Positions 22,745 to 28,042 of a stretch of DNA of 28,042 bases are shown piece after piece. Source of the DNA: Zygophlyctis sp. KS116. Lineage: Eukaryota; Fungi; Chytridiomycota. The stretch lies in the NCBI GenBank assembly GCA_054661495.1, contig BAAFSQ010000127.1, positions 1 to 28,042 on the forward strand, read 5' to 3'. The position numbers were made by a program, and so were the translations under genes. Every line of letters starts with the position of its first letter. Positions within the stretch are counted from its first letter, which is position 1. The notes beneath the pieces are model-generated. The model was not told the DNA's origin, made no database searches, and was given only the letters and a program-made list of their open reading frames with translations.

Positions 22745-25425
22745 TTAAATTTCCTTTATTATTGAAAATGTGTCCGATAATGGGAATATATGATTTCCCA
22801 ATTCTGAAATCTTACTGTTTAAGCTGGGATTTCTTTTGACAGAATTCAAAATCATTACTAACAGCTAATATTAATAAAATTTACACAAATAATACCTCAT
22901 GAGACATTCCGGGACTTGAAGCACAGATTTTTTCAATGAATATTTGAGAGTCATCCTTCATTCCATTGTTTTCAAGTACATACCATGATGCCCATAATTG
23001 GTGAACAGTGGTGGCTTTCACAGTCCAGGTCTTGATGTAATCAGTCAAAGCGGAACGTCCAATAATATTTTCATCTCCAATAATAGTTTTCAGTTCTGGG
23101 GATAAATCGGCAGCTTTTGCAACACGATTATTAAAGTCTACTACGGCCATAAATACGTCCGCATCTACAGGATTTAAAGCGTATGCTTTCTTTAAACATT
23201 TCAAAGCCAATACATACTTTTCTAATAATCAGTAACAAAGAATTACGTCTTCTCATATAAATTTGTGCACCCAATACCTGTGCTTTCAGAGTATCAGGCG
23301 AAAATTCCAACAAGAAAGATAGAAAAGGCATAGCATTCATTAGTGGATCTCCTTCTAAAAGTTTCAATCCGGCAGGATCTTCATCGGATGTTTTTTCTTG
23401 TTCTTGAGCAATATTTTCAGAATTTTTCAGTTCTGCTTTCTTGGCTTTTCTTAAAGCCTTCTTTTTTTCTGATAGAGTCATATTTTCTGTTAATTAATTT
23501 CATAATTAAAAGGTACCCAAATCCTCATTCAGTTCTGATCCCTTTGGCTGATCATGAAGCTTAAGATAAGTCTCAACAGCCAAAAGAGCAGCCTCTCTGT
23601 AGAATGGGTTGCTTCGGAGCTTATCAGACATATCTAATAAATCTTGATAAGATCGTAGAGTCATTTTACGAATGGAGTACGTATGAAAATCAAATTGATC
23701 GTCACTATAATCGGAAAATGTCTAGATAATTAAATTTACAAGAAATCACCTTTTCTACGTGATGAAGAGCCTTTAGAGCCCTTCCGGGGTTGCTAGCACG
23801 CACAAACGCTTTTGCAGATTCTATTGAGAACCAACTACATTGCATATCCACCAGATCTTGTAAAGGATTCTTCATTCCAACCTAAATAATCAATCATCTT
23901 GAATTATTAATACCCTAGTAAACAATGAAACCGTTTTTTCTGCATCTTGAATTCGTCCTGCTCTAAACATATATTTTGTGCATTTTGAATTAATAAATCT
24001 GTCCTGTAAATCTAATTTCCTGGCATTATCCATTTCTTCTGATGCTTTCAAAAAGCTTCCTGAATGCTTAAGAATTTTTGCTTTAATCATGTACGCTTCT
24101 ACTAGAGTCGGAGTATGATCAATTGCCTTTTCAATTACTTTTAGTGCATCTAAATATTGTTTTTTCCAATCTAAATGCTGTGACATATAAAAGTAAGACC
24201 AAAGCAGTGTTGTCGGAGGCTCTAAATCTGCACTTCCATTCACTTTTCCTGATCCTTCCAGTCCATTTATCAAATTTGATATAACCTTTTCAATCACTTG
24301 AGCCCTAAAAGAATCTCTATAAAAGAGATCACGAGTAGTCACAAACAGAGAAGGAACACCTTTTTGTATAGATGAAATAATATAATCTTTAACCGCTTCT
24401 TCAAAGCGAACATTTGGTGTATAAGAAATAAGTCGTTGCTTAATTGCAAATGATTTTGGATACTTTTTAAGTAAATCCCGATACAAATTTAAACGCCGTT
24501 CTATATCCGAGTCTTTTAATTCTAAAGCCTTTAAATTTTTTAATTTACCTCTTGATAAACCTCTTGAGGCCTCTAAATTATCCAAATACGATAAATTTTC
24601 AGAATTTAGAGCAATCAACTTTTGATACTGAACTTCTGCATGCTCTAATCTACCAAGCTTTAAATAAAGACGAGCTAAAATCCTTAGAAAAATTTAAAAT
24701 CACCTTTTGCTTCTAACCATGCTGTAGTATCAACTACAGAATTTCTTACAACTTCCAAATGTTGTAAAGTCTCATCATATTTTTGACCACATTCCATAAT
24801 CCAATTTTTATATAAAAAAAATTCTGAATTCTCATAATTCTTTTGCTTAATTTCCTCCTATTTCCACTTAGTAAGAAAAAAAAACCTTGAAATTCTCTTC
24901 CAAACTTGATAAAACCTTTTCAGCCATTTCATAATTTCCAACAAGATGATAAGCCAAAGCCAGAGATACCCAATTCCCTTTAATATTTGGCCTTGAATCT
25001 AAAATATCTAATCTACTCTCTACAAACCCATTTAAACTCCTAGTATGAATCTGCATAAGTGCCACATCACGCGAAATTTGACTATTATCTTTATCATACT
25101 TTAATGCTTGATTATAACACTTTAGAGCCTCGTCATAATTTCTATCAGCTCGATGATATAGACCTAAAACATGCCAACAAATATGAGAAGTTAAATCAGC
25201 TCTAATTCCTTTTTTAATAAGATCATGAGCCTCTCCCTTCCGATCCGGTAAATGCGAACAAAATAGTCCCTTCATTGCCAAACTCTCCCCATGATCAGGA
25301 ACCTTTTTAAGTATCTGATCGCAAGTCTTTAAACCTTTTTTATAACTTTTATTTTCATAAAACTTTAGTGCATTCTTAAACAGCGATGCTTCCTTTGAAG
25401 GCAATGTTCTATTAGATGCAGTCAT
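22745..25425 (-). CDS. NAA15: NatA N-terminal acetyltransferase auxiliary subunit (Naa15/Nat1)
   Basis: Motifs [10 protein letters not shown]...[46 protein letters not shown] and DDQFDFH. Introns: 24858-24885, 24675-24703, 23882-23913, 23722-23749, 23487-23516, 23222-23246, 22865-22895, plus a candidate at 24522-24548. Start placed at the ATG at 25425 by family N-terminus. Confidence 0.94.
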
Positions 25426-25462
25426 TAATTTTTTACTTCCTACTCCTCTATAGCTACGCCGC

Positions 25463-25681
25463 ATGTCGCATAGATCTAAATTCACATTAACTGCATCATT
25501 ATTATTTACAACTCTTTCAATCCTTGCAGTGTACAAGATGAAATCAGACTCACTCAAAGTACGACGATCTGGGATTGTCAGAGATGATCAAAAGAGAGCT
25601 CAAAGGGAAGCAAATGTAAGGGAATTAGAAAATCAATTGGAATTAAGGAGAATATTAGAATTAGAACAAAAAGTATCATGA
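25463..25681 (+). CDS. PET117: Cytochrome c oxidase assembly factor Pet117
   Basis: 72 aa with MSxxSKxTL, a single hydrophobic helix, GIVRDDQK and a terminal LELEQKV coiled segment, matching the Pet117 pattern. Confidence 0.8.
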   Translation: MSHRSKFTLTASLLFTTLSILAVYKMKSDSLKVRRSGIVRDDQKRAQREANVRELENQLELRRILELEQKVS

Positions 25682-25751
25682 TAATATTATATTTCTATTA
25701 AAACATTAAATTGAACATACGCCCTAGAAATTAACCAAACTTTGGCGGCTG

Positions 25752-26673
25752 ATGAGAAGTGACTTGAAAGGTTTCTATAGTCGACTCAACTCTTAGATGT
25801 TAATTTTCCAATGGATGCATCGGGCGCTCCATATCACTTACAGACTACGAGCGGTAATTAAATATATTAAGAATAGTTGCAAATAGAATATTAACAGTCG
25901 GAGATCATGCAAGAGCAAGGAAAATTGCAAGTATTTTGGATTCTGTGACTAGTCAAATTGATTCAACAAGAGGTTTTACTACAATTACTGGGTTATATAA
26001 GGGGATTTCTGTCTCAATAATTGCTATCGGAATGGTAATTTACAGGTTTTTAAAAGTATTCAGGGATATCCAATGATGGATATGATGGTACGGGAAGTTA
26101 GGGCAGTTACTAAAGGGCCTTTAAAGATTATTAGATTTGGGTCGTGTGGTTCTATAAAAATAGATTTACCAGTTGGGTCAATTGCAGTTGCTGATTCTGC
26201 ATGTTTTGTATCTCGTAATCCAGATTATTTTCATTCGGATTCGTCTGATCCTTTTATTATTTCAAAACCGGTTTCTAGTTCAAAGGATCTGACAATAAGG
26301 CTTTTTAATGAAATTTCTAAACTCTCAAATGAAAAATGTGTGATGGGGTTAAATGCAACTTGTGATTCTTTTTATAGTTCTCAAGGTCGTATTGATCCTA
26401 ATTTTAAAGATGAAAATCAAGACATGATTAAAAAATTGAAGGAAAAATATCCAAATGCAATTACGCTAGAAATGGAAACTTTTCAACTCTACAGTTTGTC
26501 AAAAATAGCTACTGAATCACTAGAGGTCTCGGCGTGTACCATGGTGTATGCTTCAAGATTAGGTCAAGGTTTTATAACTCCTGAAAAAGTGGATTTTTTT
26601 GTAAGGGTTATAAATTGTTGATGTTTAGGTCACTGAAGTTGGAAAATGTATTCTGAATGCATTAATTGCGTGA
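25752..26673 (+). CDS. Purine/uridine nucleoside phosphorylase (PNP_UDP_1 family)
   Basis: Spliced protein NFPMDASGAPYHL..VANRILTVGD..RGFTTITG..GM|GYPMMD..IIRFGSCG..DSFYSSQGR..LEMET. Introns: 25771-25796, 25854-25876, 26035-26063, 26601-26628. Confidence 0.9.
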
Positions 26674-26782
26674 ATACTTTACAAAAAACGATTCAAGATG
26701 TACTTGATAATCTTGTCAAAAGAAATCAATTTACTTTTTTGATTTGTAAATTTCATTTTTTTTGAGTTGAAGTAATCGGCAA

Positions 26783-28042
26783 TCATTTATCTAGGTAGCA
26801 AAGCTTGTAGTAAATACCGCCAATTACCAAAACTACAATACCAGAGATGCATCCAGCGACAATATAGACCGTATTGTCAGGAGGGGGATCAAAATTGTTA
26901 TTGTCAGTTTTCCTTTTAAGTTAGATATTTTTCAAAAGTACGTCGAATCTATCCGTGAGAAAAAACTTGGAACATATCCAGTGAATTTGTTGTCAGACAG
27001 ATCTCTATATTATTAAAATTGAAAAATCACAATGCTTGAAGATATTTAAGTTCTCCCAAAGATTCAGGGATCTGGCCTTCAAAGGAATTTGAATGTAAAT
27101 CACTGACGGTGAATGAATTAAACTTACAGGTGTTTGAGAGACGTCATCTCCTTTATCCAATCAGGAATTTTTCCGCTAAAACCATTCGAATATAATTCTC
27201 TATAATTATAAACGTAACAAATGGATTACAATGCTTCTAAACGACCCAAATTCTTTACTGCTTGCGGAAACGGCCCGGTGAAATTATTCTTGTTCAGGCG
27301 CCTTTAATCAATTTAAAATAAACTTACAAAACACTGAGAATGGGGAGCTTTGACATAGATTCAGGAATCTGACCACGCATTTTGTTATTGGATAAATCTC
27401 TAGATAAGTCATAAAAGCAAATTTTACATCGTTTCCAGTTTGTTAAGATTCCCTATCCAGTCTGGAATTTCACATAGAAGATTATTTTCTTTAAGGGACC
27501 TAAAAAGTTGGTTGCAAATATTTACAATTTCTGTAGATTGACGAGATGCGATAACTCTAAAGGTAAATCAGTTGCATATAGACTTTTCTCGTCCCATATA
27601 CTTTTTTTTAAATTCAGTAGTTTTACATTTCTATCACTTGAAAGCCTGAACAACGCACTCTACCAATCTGAGCTTCTTTAGATTTATCATAAACACGAAC
27701 GACGCCAAACCACGGATCGTAGATATCTTGACTGTATGAACAACAAGCTTCAGGATCCGTTTTGTTGAGTGTAGTAGTTCTCCCAAATTTCTCCCATGCT
27801 GCAAAAACATACTGGCAGTCATTTTGAGGCGTATCTAAATCATCAGGCAAATCTCTAGTTAATCCTGCAACATCTCTAGAATCTGTTGTCTTTTGACCAT
27901 CAAGAGCCAAACCTTTATCAAATACGCTAAAAGTAAGCAAGTGAAATTACAAATCTTTAAAGTTTGTCATCTTTTGAATCTCTAAAGGAACAGTTCCAGT
28001 CAATCGATTCAATCTTATCCAAAAAAACTTTAATGCAGATAA
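26783..28042 (-). CDS. Leucine-rich-repeat single-pass membrane protein (receptor-like, no kinase); 5' end beyond the right edge
   Basis: Introns: 27927-27950, 27601-27626, 27500-27525, 27400-27427, 27302-27327, 27200-27229, 27103-27127, 27005-27030, 26914-26941. Repeats such as DLSNNKMRGQIPESMSKL and DLHSNSFEGQIPESLGELKYL, then TM helix VYIVAGCISGIVVLVIGGIYY and a short KLCYLDK tail. Confidence 0.88.

Noticed and set aside
318-23564. Short antisense or alternate-frame ORFs (e.g. 318-500, 1610-1873, 4953-5204, 7268-7546, 14679-14924, 17274-17486, 23343-23564)
   Set aside because: They are shadows of well-supported genes and show no recognisable motifs.
25426-25557. 44-aa N-terminal extension of NAA15 (ORF 24868..25557) overlapping PET117 antisense
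   Set aside because: It begins at a non-ATG codon and has no family resemblance. The conserved Naa15 N-terminus starts just after the ATG at 25425.
1-28042. Fragmented ORFs read as pseudogenes, frameshifts, sequencing errors or a stop-reassigned genetic code
   Set aside because: Every break I examined coincides with an AT-rich GT...AG segment whose removal restores the frame under the standard code.
1-28042. CRISPR arrays, tRNA/rRNA genes, transposase or viral genes
   Set aside because: None seen. The only periodicity is the protein-level LRR exon array, and the spacers leave little room for such elements.

Overview
Extremely compact, AT-rich eukaryotic DNA, most likely from a zoosporic (flagellated) fungus such as a chytrid; this is inferred from fungal-type metabolic genes occurring alongside the ciliary gene CFAP20. 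The fragmented ORF track resolves into 15 spliced protein-coding genes: GDH2 (partial), alkaline ceramidase, a GRAM/VASt lipid-transfer protein, RPN1, a CDC34-like E2, eIF3d, a PCM1-like coiled-coil protein, VAMP7, GLT1, an MRH4/DDX28-like helicase, CFAP20, NAA15/NAT1, PET117, a nucleoside phosphorylase and a partial LRR-transmembrane protein. I hand-mapped about 70 GT-AG introns. All but one are only 23-32 nt. The single long intron (121 nt, in eIF3d) holds a C/D-box snoRNA with an LSU-rRNA guide. Intergenic spacers are 14-242 nt. The main observations are the ultra-short intron system, the intronic snoRNA, a candidate fungal PCM1 (centriolar satellite scaffold) homologue, and a plant-style LRR receptor-like gene built from 72-nt one-repeat-per-exon modules. 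All gene models come from manual reading, without RNA or database support.
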